In this document: piece by piece, positions 1 to 6,250 of the stretch
How the letters are laid out: every line of letters starts with the position of its first letter
How positions within the stretch are numbered: the first letter of the stretch is position 1
Origin: PVC group bacterium
GTDB taxonomy: Bacteria > GCA-001730085 > JADFSZ01
Assembly (NCBI GenBank): GCA_022560555.1
Contig: JADFSZ010000104.1
Coordinates: 1-6,353, forward strand
Length of the DNA stretch: 6,353 nt
Direction: 5' to 3'
Notes under the pieces: generated by a model
What the model saw: only the letters and a program-made list of their open reading frames with translations
Databases searched by the model: none
What the model was told of the DNA's origin: nothing
Position numbers and translations under genes: made by a program

Positions 1-2
1 GG

Positions 3-503
3 CAAATCGATGATAAAGTCTTTGTGAAAATCATTGGCCGTGGTATGGGCGCAAACAGTCAGATTCTCAAAGACTTTATCCAACAGATGATGGATAAAAA
101 TATAACCAATTTTACGGTTGATTTTGAAAAGTGTACGATAATAGACAGCACATTTATCGGCACATTGCTTGCCATCAATAACGAACTGGAAGACCGTGGG
201 TATAAAAATGCTCTCGAACTCATCAATTTATCAAGCGCGAATGTCCGCACGCTCGAAATGATCGGTTTGACAAAATTTATCCCTATTCTTAAAAAAGGAG
301 ATAAAACAATTTTTAATCTTAAATATCTGGAAAACAGGGAGTTTAGCCGCCTCGAAACGGTTCAGCATATCTATGATGCTCATGAACTTCTTGGCCGTAT
401 CAACGAGGAAAATAAGATTCGATTTCGATATGTCAATCAATTTGTTCGTGAGGAGTTAGAAAATCTTAAGGGAAAGAATGAGGCTGCCGGAGAAGAGGGA
501 TGA
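3..503 (+). CDS. STAS-domain protein (anti-sigma-factor antagonist, SpoIIAA/RsbV-like fold) with a ~70-aa helical C-terminal extension. Probably 5'-truncated by the window edge.
   Basis: The frame is open from nt 3 (QIDDKVFV...) to the TGA at 501-503. The GTG at 24 is only the first possible in-window start. The 'VFVKIIGRG' strand normally sits 10-20 aa after a STAS N-terminus, so the true start is likely upstream. FTVDFEKCTIIDSTFIGTLLAINNEL...LELINLSSANVRTLEMIGLTKFIPI fits the STAS layout, including the D-S-T turn (Ser codon 147-149) at the position of the phosphorylatable Ser of SpoIIAA/RsbV. Confidence 0.65.
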   Translation, partial: QIDDKVFVKIIGRGMGANSQILKDFIQQMMDKNITNFTVDFEKCTIIDSTFIGTLLAINNELEDRGYKNALELINLSSANVRTLEMIGLTKFIPILKKGDKTIFNLKYLENREFSRLETVQHIYDAHELLGRINEENKIRFRYVNQFVREELENLKGKNEAAGEEG

Positions 504-721
504 GTGATTTTAAGAAAGCCATTAAGGTTGCAAGTGTTCTCGAGGAGTATCGTATTGTTTCCGAAAAAAAGTGTTTTTGCGGCGGGAAATTTGAACGAAA
601 AGAGCAGGCCCTGCTTCAGCACGGGACGAAGTATTACGATAAGCTAAGGATACTCTGTAAGAAATGCGGCTTCGCGGATACCCTGATATTTGATATCAAT
701 AGTTTTTTTAAATTCAAATAA
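500..721 (+). CDS. Small hypothetical Cys4 (CxC...CxxC) zinc-ribbon-like protein, 73 aa
   Basis: The ATG at 500-502 overlaps the upstream TGA at 501-503 (ATGA coupling). GGAG at 489-492 lies 7 nt upstream. Cys codons are at 572-574, 578-580, 656-658 and 665-667 (CFCGG ... CKKCG). An intrinsic terminator follows. I recognise no family, so this is called from ORF geometry only. Confidence 0.5.
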   Translation: MSDFKKAIKVASVLEEYRIVSEKKCFCGGKFERKEQALLQHGTKYYDKLRILCKKCGFADTLIFDINSFFKFK

Positions 722-777
722 TATGTTTTTGGCTAAGGTTTTTAAACGGAATTGGATCCAAGAACTGTTATGGGGGC

Positions 778-806
778 GGAGGATCATGAGATTCTCCTAT
801 TTTTTT
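778..806 (+). terminator. Rho-independent terminator (or attenuator) after the STAS/zinc-ribbon pair
   Basis: GGAGGATC (778-785) pairs with GATTCTCC (790-797): 8 bp including one G-U, with loop ATGA (786-789). It is followed by TATTTTTTT (798-806). Confidence 0.6.
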
Positions 807-828
807 GTCTTCATGAGGCAATAAACAG

Positions 829-1947
829 ATGAAAACTCTAAAAATTCTCCATGTGGTTGGCACACGGTCGGATCTTGTTAAGTTGGCCCCGCTTTACAAA
901 GCCTCAAGAGTTCGCTCCGGGAGGATGGTTCAAAAAATTGTCCATACCGGTGCTCATTACACAAAAAAAATGTTTGGTATGTTTCTTGATGAATTCGAAA
1001 TCGAGCCGCCTGAATTTTCGCTTGGTATCAACGCTCATGCTTACGCGGCCGGGATATCTGAGATGATGAGGTGCCTTGAAGTGATATTTCTTAAAGAAAA
1101 GCCTCAAATTATATTAACCGTCGGTGACGGATTATCATCATTGGCGGCGGTGCTTTGTGCCGCCAAAACCGATATGACGCTCGCTCACCTTGAAGCCGGG
1201 CTTCGAAACCATATGCCTCTGGACCCTAGAGAGCATCGAAGACGTATGATTGATTCGATGGCAAGATATTTATTTGTGTGTTCCAAAAGAAAAGCTCGTG
1301 GGCTCCGAAAAGAGGGAATCCGGAAGGAGCGAATATTTTGTGTCGGGAACATCTTCTCTGATTACGCATCCTTGTACAAATCAACGGAGGCTACGGAAAA
1401 GTTGCACCAGTATCAGCTCATAAAACACAACAAAATTATTCCGTATATGCTCGTGACATTTCATCATGAAGATCTTATCAGTGAGAAGGATTCTTTGACA
1501 TGTGTTCTTGAAGCCTTGCAAGAGCTTAGGAAATCTTTTTGTGTCTTGATTTCTCTTGAGGCGCATACGTCCATTCAGTTAAAAACACTCGGACTCGAAG
1601 GACAATTATCAAAAATGAAAAATGTTAAACTTCTTCCCCAAATGAGTCACAAAGACATGGTTGGGCTGGTTAAACATTCACGATTTGTACTAACGGATTC
1701 CTTGAGCTTGCAGGATGAGACGGGCTTGATGGGTGTGCCTTGTGTTGTCCTCCGGCAAACAACTGAGCGCGATGATCGCCTGACAAAAAATCACCAATAT
1801 GTACAATGTACCAAGGATAAAATTGTTCGGGCGTGCCTGATAGCGAATCGATTGTCCTTCAAGGAGAAGAAGGGTGATTGTGTTGATAAGTTGTGTGTTG
1901 CCGACAAAATACTTGATGTTCTATTAGCACCGATGGCGAACAAATAA
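829..1947 (+). CDS. UDP-N-acetylglucosamine 2-epimerase family protein (WecB/MnaA-like, Epimerase_2 fold), divergent
   Basis: 372 aa, the normal length for this family. Family motifs are recognisable in order: VGTRSDLVKLAPL (cf. GTRPE..K.aPl), HTGAHY (cf. TGQH), TVGDGLSSLA (cf. GDT.stla), HLEAGLR (cf. HvEAGLR), PREHRRR (cf. PEE.NR), VTFHHED (cf. T.HR.EN), TDSLSLQDE (cf. DSGG.QEE), TTERDD (cf. TERPE). GAGG at 815-818 could serve as an SD. Confidence 0.8.
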   Translation: MKTLKILHVVGTRSDLVKLAPLYKASRVRSGRMVQKIVHTGAHYTKKMFGMFLDEFEIEPPEFSLGINAHAYAAGISEMMRCLEVIFLKEKPQIILTVGDGLSSLAAVLCAAKTDMTLAHLEAGLRNHMPLDPREHRRRMIDSMARYLFVCSKRKARGLRKEGIRKERIFCVGNIFSDYASLYKSTEATEKLHQYQLIKHNKIIPYMLVTFHHEDLISEKDSLTCVLEALQELRKSFCVLISLEAHTSIQLKTLGLEGQLSKMKNVKLLPQMSHKDMVGLVKHSRFVLTDSLSLQDETGLMGVPCVVLRQTTERDDRLTKNHQYVQCTKDKIVRACLIANRLSFKEKKGDCVDKLCVADKILDVLLAPMANK

Positions 1948-1964
1948 ACATGGTGTAGGAGATA

Positions 1965-2669
1965 ATGGGAACAGATCATATCAATGATATACAGAAAAAG
2001 TTAGATTATGAATTTAAGGATACGAAGCTCCTGCGGATGGCATTGACGCATCGCTCTTTTGTTGCGGAACGAAAAAAAGAGGATTTAGGCGATAATCAGA
2101 GGTTGGAGTGGTTGGGAGATTCTGTATTAGGTCTTGTTGTTTCGGAATGTCTTTATGATCAATTGCCGGAATGCGATGAAGGGCTGTTATCGAAACTCAA
2201 AAGCCAGCTTGTCAGTAAACACGCGTTATCCAGGCTTGCCAAATCTATTGGTATAGGAGGTTTTCTTTATCTCGGAAAAGGCGAAGAAGAAGCCGGAGGA
2301 CGCCATAGAGATTCTATTCTTGCGGATGCCGTAGAATCGCTATTAGGGGCCCTCTATTTGGACGGAGGCTTAAAACTTGCAAGAAAAATCATTCTGAAAT
2401 ATCATAAAAAAGAAATGGAAAGAATTATCCGCACCAAACCCATGAGAGACTATAAGAGTCTCCTCCAAGAACATCTTCAGAAAAAAGGGTTTGCGGCCCC
2501 TGTTTATGATTTATTTACGCAAACAGGCCCCGATCATAAAAAAACATTTACGGTTCGAGTGGAAGTCGAGGGAAGCCCCTTCCATGGTACGGGAAGCAGC
2601 AAAAAGGAAGCGGAGCAGATGGCGGCCTGGGTGGCGCTGGATGAATTGCATTGTGAAAATTCGACATAA
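1965..2669 (+). CDS. rnc: Ribonuclease III
   Basis: The RNase III signature is present: HRSF...NQRLEWLGDSVLGLVVSECLY (E48 codon 2106-2108, D52 codon 2118-2120). The second acidic cluster is SILADAVESLLGALYLDGG. The C-terminal dsRBD reads DYKSLLQEHLQKKG...PDHKKTFTVRVEV...GSSKKEAEQMAAWVAL. AGGAG at 1957-1961 sits just upstream of the ATG. Length is 234 aa. Confidence 0.95.
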   Translation: MGTDHINDIQKKLDYEFKDTKLLRMALTHRSFVAERKKEDLGDNQRLEWLGDSVLGLVVSECLYDQLPECDEGLLSKLKSQLVSKHALSRLAKSIGIGGFLYLGKGEEEAGGRHRDSILADAVESLLGALYLDGGLKLARKIILKYHKKEMERIIRTKPMRDYKSLLQEHLQKKGFAAPVYDLFTQTGPDHKKTFTVRVEVEGSPFHGTGSSKKEAEQMAAWVALDELHCENST

Positions 2670-2696
2670 ATATCACCTTACAAAGAGGAATACATC

Positions 2697-3614
2697 ATGA
2701 GCGTAACTGTTGTGGGATCCACGGCGATTGATACCATCCAAACTCCCTTTGGTAAAGCTTCTTCGGTCTTAGGTGGATCCGCGACATACTTTGCGATGGC
2801 CGCCAGCTATTTTTGTTCCGTAAGAATAGTTAGTGTGGTCGGGCAGGATTTTCCTGACGATTATTTTCAAGTTTTTCATGATCACAATATTCAAACGGAG
2901 GGAATAAGTGTGACAGAGGGAAAAACTTTCACATGGACGGGCCGTTATAATGATGCTTTGGATAGTGCTACGACATTGGATGTGGCTGTTAATGTTCTCG
3001 AGAACTTTGAGCCGCGCATACCGGCTTCTTATCAAGGGCCGGATATTCTCTTTTTGGCGAATATTAACCCCGGGGTTCAGCTTCAAGTTGTTAAAAAGAT
3101 TCATCCCAAATATCTTATTGCTATGGACACTATGAATATATGGATCGAAACTAAGAGGGAGGCGCTGCTTGAAGTTATTCGCCATGTCGACATTATCATA
3201 TTAAATGACGCGGAGGCGCGTCTTCTAACGGGACAAGCTGTATTGCCCAAAGCCGCTCGGGTGATCGCGTCCTGGGGGCCCAAAAGGGTCATTATCAAGA
3301 AAGGGGAGCATGGGGCTTTTATGTCTTCTGAAAACGGTTTTTTTGTCATTCCGGCATTTATTCAGGAGAAATTAGTTGATACTACGGGAGCCGGCGATTC
3401 TTTTGCCGGAGGATTTCTGGGCTCATTATGCCAATCTATACTTGATAAAAAAAATACACCGGATGAGAAAAATTATCGTGAGGCTGTGATTTATGGGAAT
3501 GTTATGGCGTCATTTACCGTTGAAGATTTCAGTGTTGAGAAATTGAGAGGTCTTGATCAAGACGATATTTATACACGTCGAAAAAATATACTAAACCAAA
3601 CGAGTGTGATTTAA
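2697..3614 (+). CDS. PfkB (ribokinase-like) family sugar/nucleoside kinase, substrate unknown
   Basis: The N-terminus VVGSTAIDTIQTPFG...LGGSATYFA and the C-terminal PfkB signature DTTGAGDSFAGGFLG (3378-3416) are both present, along with KKGEHGA and NDAEARLLTG. AGAGGA lies ~8 nt upstream of the ATG. Length is 305 aa. Confidence 0.9.
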   Translation: MSVTVVGSTAIDTIQTPFGKASSVLGGSATYFAMAASYFCSVRIVSVVGQDFPDDYFQVFHDHNIQTEGISVTEGKTFTWTGRYNDALDSATTLDVAVNVLENFEPRIPASYQGPDILFLANINPGVQLQVVKKIHPKYLIAMDTMNIWIETKREALLEVIRHVDIIILNDAEARLLTGQAVLPKAARVIASWGPKRVIIKKGEHGAFMSSENGFFVIPAFIQEKLVDTTGAGDSFAGGFLGSLCQSILDKKNTPDEKNYREAVIYGNVMASFTVEDFSVEKLRGLDQDDIYTRRKNILNQTSVI

Positions 3615-3646
3615 ATGAATGCGTTGATGAATGAAAGGATGCAGGA

Positions 3647-4957
3647 ATGAGAAAAACATTTGTTTTAGATACGAATGTGCTTTTACATAACGCGGATGCT
3701 CTCACGGCTTTTGCCGATAATAAAGTTGTTGTATGCATGGATGTCCTGGAAGAATTGGATCGATTTAAACGGGAAAACGATGAAAAGGGACGCAACGCAC
3801 GGGCGGCTATCCGGATGTTGGATGGGTTTCGTGAAAACGGGAATTTATCCGAAGGTGTTGATCTCCCCGGAAAAGGGATTCTTCAAATTTTGCATATCCA
3901 GAGAAAAGGGCCTCCGGATCTGTTAGACCCCTCAAGCAGTGTGAACAGAATTCTCCTGACCGCTTATGAGTTGCAAGCCGCCGGGGATCATGTGATTTTT
4001 GTATCGAAAGACATTAATGCTCGTGTGAAATCGGAAGCGATCAATGTCGCGGCTATGGATTTTGAAAAACAAAAAATTGATTTTGATCGTTTCTACTTTG
4101 GATGGAAAAGCAAAAATGTTGATCCCTCAGAGATCGAAACTTTAAGAAAAAACGGGGAGATTAAAATTGCGGATATCGATCAATATTCAGCAAGAGAATT
4201 TCTCTTACTGAAATCAACGGAGGATGAAAAGAACGTCCGGATCGCTAAAAATGTTCCGGGACGAGAAACCTTAAAAGCTCTCGAATACCAGGAAGTTCCG
4301 CTTTTTGGTATTACCGCCAAGAATGAACAACAGAAAATGGCGATTGAACTTCTCTTGGATGACAGCATCAGTCTGGTGACTTTGGTGGGTCGCGCCGGAA
4401 CCGGAAAAACGCTTCTGGCCTTGGCCGCAGGACTTGTCAAGGTTATGGACGAACATAAATATAATCGTATGCTCGTGTCCCGTCCGATCATTCCTCTCGG
4501 GAAAGACATCGGCTATTTGCCGGGAAGCAAGGATGAGAAACTCGGGCATTGGATGCATCCGATTTTTGATAATTTGGACTATATTTTACACAGCAATATG
4601 GATAACGGATCTAATAATTTTCGCGAAGTCGATGATTTGTTTGACGAAAAGCTTATAGAACTGGAACCTCTAACCTATATTAGAGGGAGAAGCATTCCGA
4701 GGCAATATATCGTGATCGACGAAGCGCAAAATTTAACTCCGCATGAGGTCAAAACGATTGTCACAAGAGCCGGGAATAATACCAAAATGATTTTGACGGG
4801 AGATCCGTATCAGATTGACAATCCATATTTAGATGCGTCCAGTAACGGGTTAACATATCTTGTGGAGAGGATGAAGGATCAAAAGATTTTTGGACATGTG
4901 AATCTGATCAAAAGCGAGCGGAGTTTGATGGCGTCTTTAGCCGCAAAGCTTCTTTAA
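3647..4957 (+). CDS. PIN-domain + PhoH-like ATPase fusion protein (PhoH2 / YlaK type)
   Basis: The N-terminal PIN reads FVLDTNVLL..., ...VLEELD..., ...FVSKDINARVKS, with conserved acidic residues in the expected order. The C-terminal PhoH P-loop NTPase has Walker A GRAGTGKT (4388-4411), Walker B IVIDEAQN (~4709-4732), and TGDPYQID. AAAGGA at 3634-3639 lies 7 nt upstream of the ATG. Length is 436 aa. Confidence 0.9.
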   Translation: MRKTFVLDTNVLLHNADALTAFADNKVVVCMDVLEELDRFKRENDEKGRNARAAIRMLDGFRENGNLSEGVDLPGKGILQILHIQRKGPPDLLDPSSSVNRILLTAYELQAAGDHVIFVSKDINARVKSEAINVAAMDFEKQKIDFDRFYFGWKSKNVDPSEIETLRKNGEIKIADIDQYSAREFLLLKSTEDEKNVRIAKNVPGRETLKALEYQEVPLFGITAKNEQQKMAIELLLDDSISLVTLVGRAGTGKTLLALAAGLVKVMDEHKYNRMLVSRPIIPLGKDIGYLPGSKDEKLGHWMHPIFDNLDYILHSNMDNGSNNFREVDDLFDEKLIELEPLTYIRGRSIPRQYIVIDEAQNLTPHEVKTIVTRAGNNTKMILTGDPYQIDNPYLDASSNGLTYLVERMKDQKIFGHVNLIKSERSLMASLAAKLL

Positions 4958-4960
4958 TGC

Positions 4961-4988
4961 GGTAAACGGTGAACGGTAAACAGTAAAC
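4961..4988. repeat. Tandem heptamer repeat x4 (GGTAAAC GGTGAAC GGTAAAC AGTAAAC) in the convergent intergenic spacer
   Basis: Read directly from the sequence. There are four contiguous 7-nt units with one substitution in unit 2 and one in unit 4. The array starts 4 nt after the PIN-PhoH stop (4955-4957) and ends 21 nt before the gcvT stop (5010-5012). Confidence 0.85.
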
Positions 4989-5009
4989 GAAAAATCTTAT
5001 ATTTTGAAA

Positions 5010-6167
5010 TCAGTCTCCGAACCCCGAACTCTTAGCTCCGAACTTCCCCCTGGCTGTTCCTTCTTTATAAAACGGCAATTGTGTTACGATGGCCGGAAGT
5101 GCGGACTTTTCTCCCTGAATGACTAAAGGTGTCTCCAGAGGCGTAAACTCTTTTTTGACATATCCCAGAGCAATCCCTCTTTTGAGGGACGGAGAAAAAG
5201 AACCGCTGGTGACAGTGCCCACTTCCTTGGAGTTGAAAGTAATTTTGTCATCATGCCGCGGGCTCCGTCGCCCCTCACACAAGAGAGCCACAAGAATGTA
5301 TTCAGACTCACTAAGATTTAAGGCGGCTTGACCGATAAAGTCTTTTTCGAGATCAACAAAACTCATTCCGTTGCACACCTTTGGGTTAATGGATTCATTA
5401 AGGTCTTGGCCGTAAAGAGGGTATCCGACTTCGAGTCGGAGTGTGTCACGAGCCCCCAACCCAGCGGGAAGAACAGACTCTTCTTGGAAAAATAATTCCC
5501 AAACTTTTTCAGCGATAGAGACGGGAAAATACAATTCACATCCCCATTCACCCGTGTATCCTGTTCGAGAAATAATCACATCCTGATTCATAAAATGGAT
5601 TTGTATGAAATGAAAATATTTTAAAGAATCTAAATTAACATTTAAAAGTTTTTGAATGATGTTTTTTGAGAAAGGACCCTGAATATCAATTTTGGCTGTT
5701 GACGATGAAATATCCTTGAGCCGAGTTGATTCTGAAATATGCTGCTCGATCCACAACCGATCTAACTGACATGTTGTCGAATTAACAACCATCATAAACT
5801 TTTCATCCGAAAGCTTATACACGATTGTGTCATCCAGAATGCCGGCTTGATTGTTTAAGATATATCCATAGCGGCATTGGCCTGGAGCCAATGACTTTAT
5901 CCGGCAAGTAACAATACGCTCAAGATCTGACAACGCTTGAGCTCCTTCAATAAAGAATTCGCCCATATGACAGGTATCAAAGATACTAACTTTTTCGCGT
6001 GTGTGATGATGTTCCGCAATAATTCCCGTATATTGAATCGGCATGGCCCAAGGCAGAATATTTTCGGCTGGTAATCCTCCAAAAGGTGAAATGAGGGCAT
6101 GATGAGACACATGCCAATCAAATAGAGGTGTTTTAAGTGGATCTGATATTGATTTTGGTGTTGGCAT
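5010..6167 (-). CDS. gcvT: Glycine cleavage system T protein (aminomethyltransferase)
   Basis: 385 aa with T-protein motifs: TPLFDWH, MPIQY..II.EHHHTR, IFDTCHMGEF, ILNNQAGILDDTIVYKL, MMVVNS, ISRTGYTGEWGCELY, GLGARDTLRLEVGYPLYGQDL.ESINP, GTVTSGSFSPSL, IALGYV. A strong SD AAGGAG (complement of 6171-6176) lies 3 nt before the ATG. Confidence 0.93.
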   Translation of the reverse strand: MPTPKSISDPLKTPLFDWHVSHHALISPFGGLPAENILPWAMPIQYTGIIAEHHHTREKVSIFDTCHMGEFFIEGAQALSDLERIVTCRIKSLAPGQCRYGYILNNQAGILDDTIVYKLSDEKFMMVVNSTTCQLDRLWIEQHISESTRLKDISSSTAKIDIQGPFSKNIIQKLLNVNLDSLKYFHFIQIHFMNQDVIISRTGYTGEWGCELYFPVSIAEKVWELFFQEESVLPAGLGARDTLRLEVGYPLYGQDLNESINPKVCNGMSFVDLEKDFIGQAALNLSESEYILVALLCEGRRSPRHDDKITFNSKEVGTVTSGSFSPSLKRGIALGYVKKEFTPLETPLVIQGEKSALPAIVTQLPFYKEGTARGKFGAKSSGFGD

Positions 6168-6170
6168 GTG

Positions 6171-6176
6171 CTCCTT
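6171..6176 (-). promoter_or_regulatory. Shine-Dalgarno sequence of gcvT (AAGGAG)
   Basis: The minus strand reads ...CTCAAAGGAGCAC-ATG. AAGGAG is complementary to the 16S 3' end. Confidence 0.75.
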
Positions 6177-6205
6177 TGAGATTTTGAGCCTTCGTTTTGT
6201 GGATC

Positions 6206-6250
6206 TTGAGAATGTATTGTAACTTGGAATCAGTTATTGTCAATTCTCAA
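6206..6250. promoter_or_regulatory. 8-bp perfect inverted repeat TTGAGAAT / ATTCTCAA bracketing the gcvT promoter core (candidate operator)
   Basis: TTGAGAAT lies at 6206-6213 and its reverse complement ATTCTCAA at 6243-6250, 29 nt apart. The arms abut the -10 and overlap the -35 by one base. Further TTGAG copies occur at 6176-6180 and 6184-6188. Confidence 0.4.
6216..6243 (-). promoter_or_regulatory. Sigma70-type promoter for gcvT: TTGACA - 16 nt - TACAAT
   Basis: On the minus strand, the -35 TTGACA is the complement of 6238-6243 and the -10 TACAAT is the complement of 6216-6221, with a 16-nt spacer. This predicts a 5' UTR of only ~40 nt. Confidence 0.55.

Noticed and set aside
24-26. GTG at 24 as the true start of the STAS CDS
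   Set aside because: The frame stays open to the window edge. The upstream in-frame residues (QIDDKVFV) continue the first beta-strand. No SD precedes position 24. The gene is more likely 5'-truncated by the window.
961-970. Homopolymeric A8 tract in the epimerase-like gene as a phase-variation switch. Similar A7-A8 runs occur at 564-570, ~2073-2079 and 3447-3454.
   Set aside because: The tracts are short and expected by composition in an AT-rich genome (Lys AAA codons). All the ORFs are intact with no sign of frameshift.
2700-2790. Two GTGGATCC-like (BamHI-containing) segments near the 5' end of the kinase gene as a possible repeat or regulatory element
   Set aside because: They encode the Gly-Ser dipeptides of conserved motifs (VVGST / LGGSA). 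The similarity is explained by the protein sequence.
2769-3185. 138-aa antisense ORF inside the PfkB kinase gene. Other antisense or alternate-frame ORFs were also noticed: 59-250, 231-440, 437-622, 851-1066, 904-1107, 1381-1566, 1791-1979, 2491-2700, 2950-3135, 3101-3349, 3529-3795, 3675-3926, 4180-4509, 4271-4558, 4434-4658, 5119-5331, 5123-5311, 5363-5551, 5897-6121.
   Set aside because: All lie wholly within, or largely overlap, CDSs with strong family-level motifs on the other frame or strand. Their translations are low-complexity or Cys/Arg/Ser-rich with no recognisable motifs, and none has an obvious SD. This is typical shadow-ORF behaviour in AT-rich DNA.
4941-4962. Hairpin CCGCA...TGCGG as the rho-independent terminator of the PIN-PhoH gene
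   Set aside because: It has only a 5-bp stem with a 12-nt loop. It spans the stop codon and has no following T-run on either strand.
5010-5060. Triple CCGAAC repeat at the gcvT 3' end, encoding a Gly/Phe-rich C-terminal tail (GKFGAKSSGFGD) beyond the usual T-protein end
   Set aside because: The repeat is short and imperfectly spaced, and lies inside the coding frame. It most likely reflects repeated Phe-Gly codons in a disordered tail. There is no structural or regulatory signal I can support.
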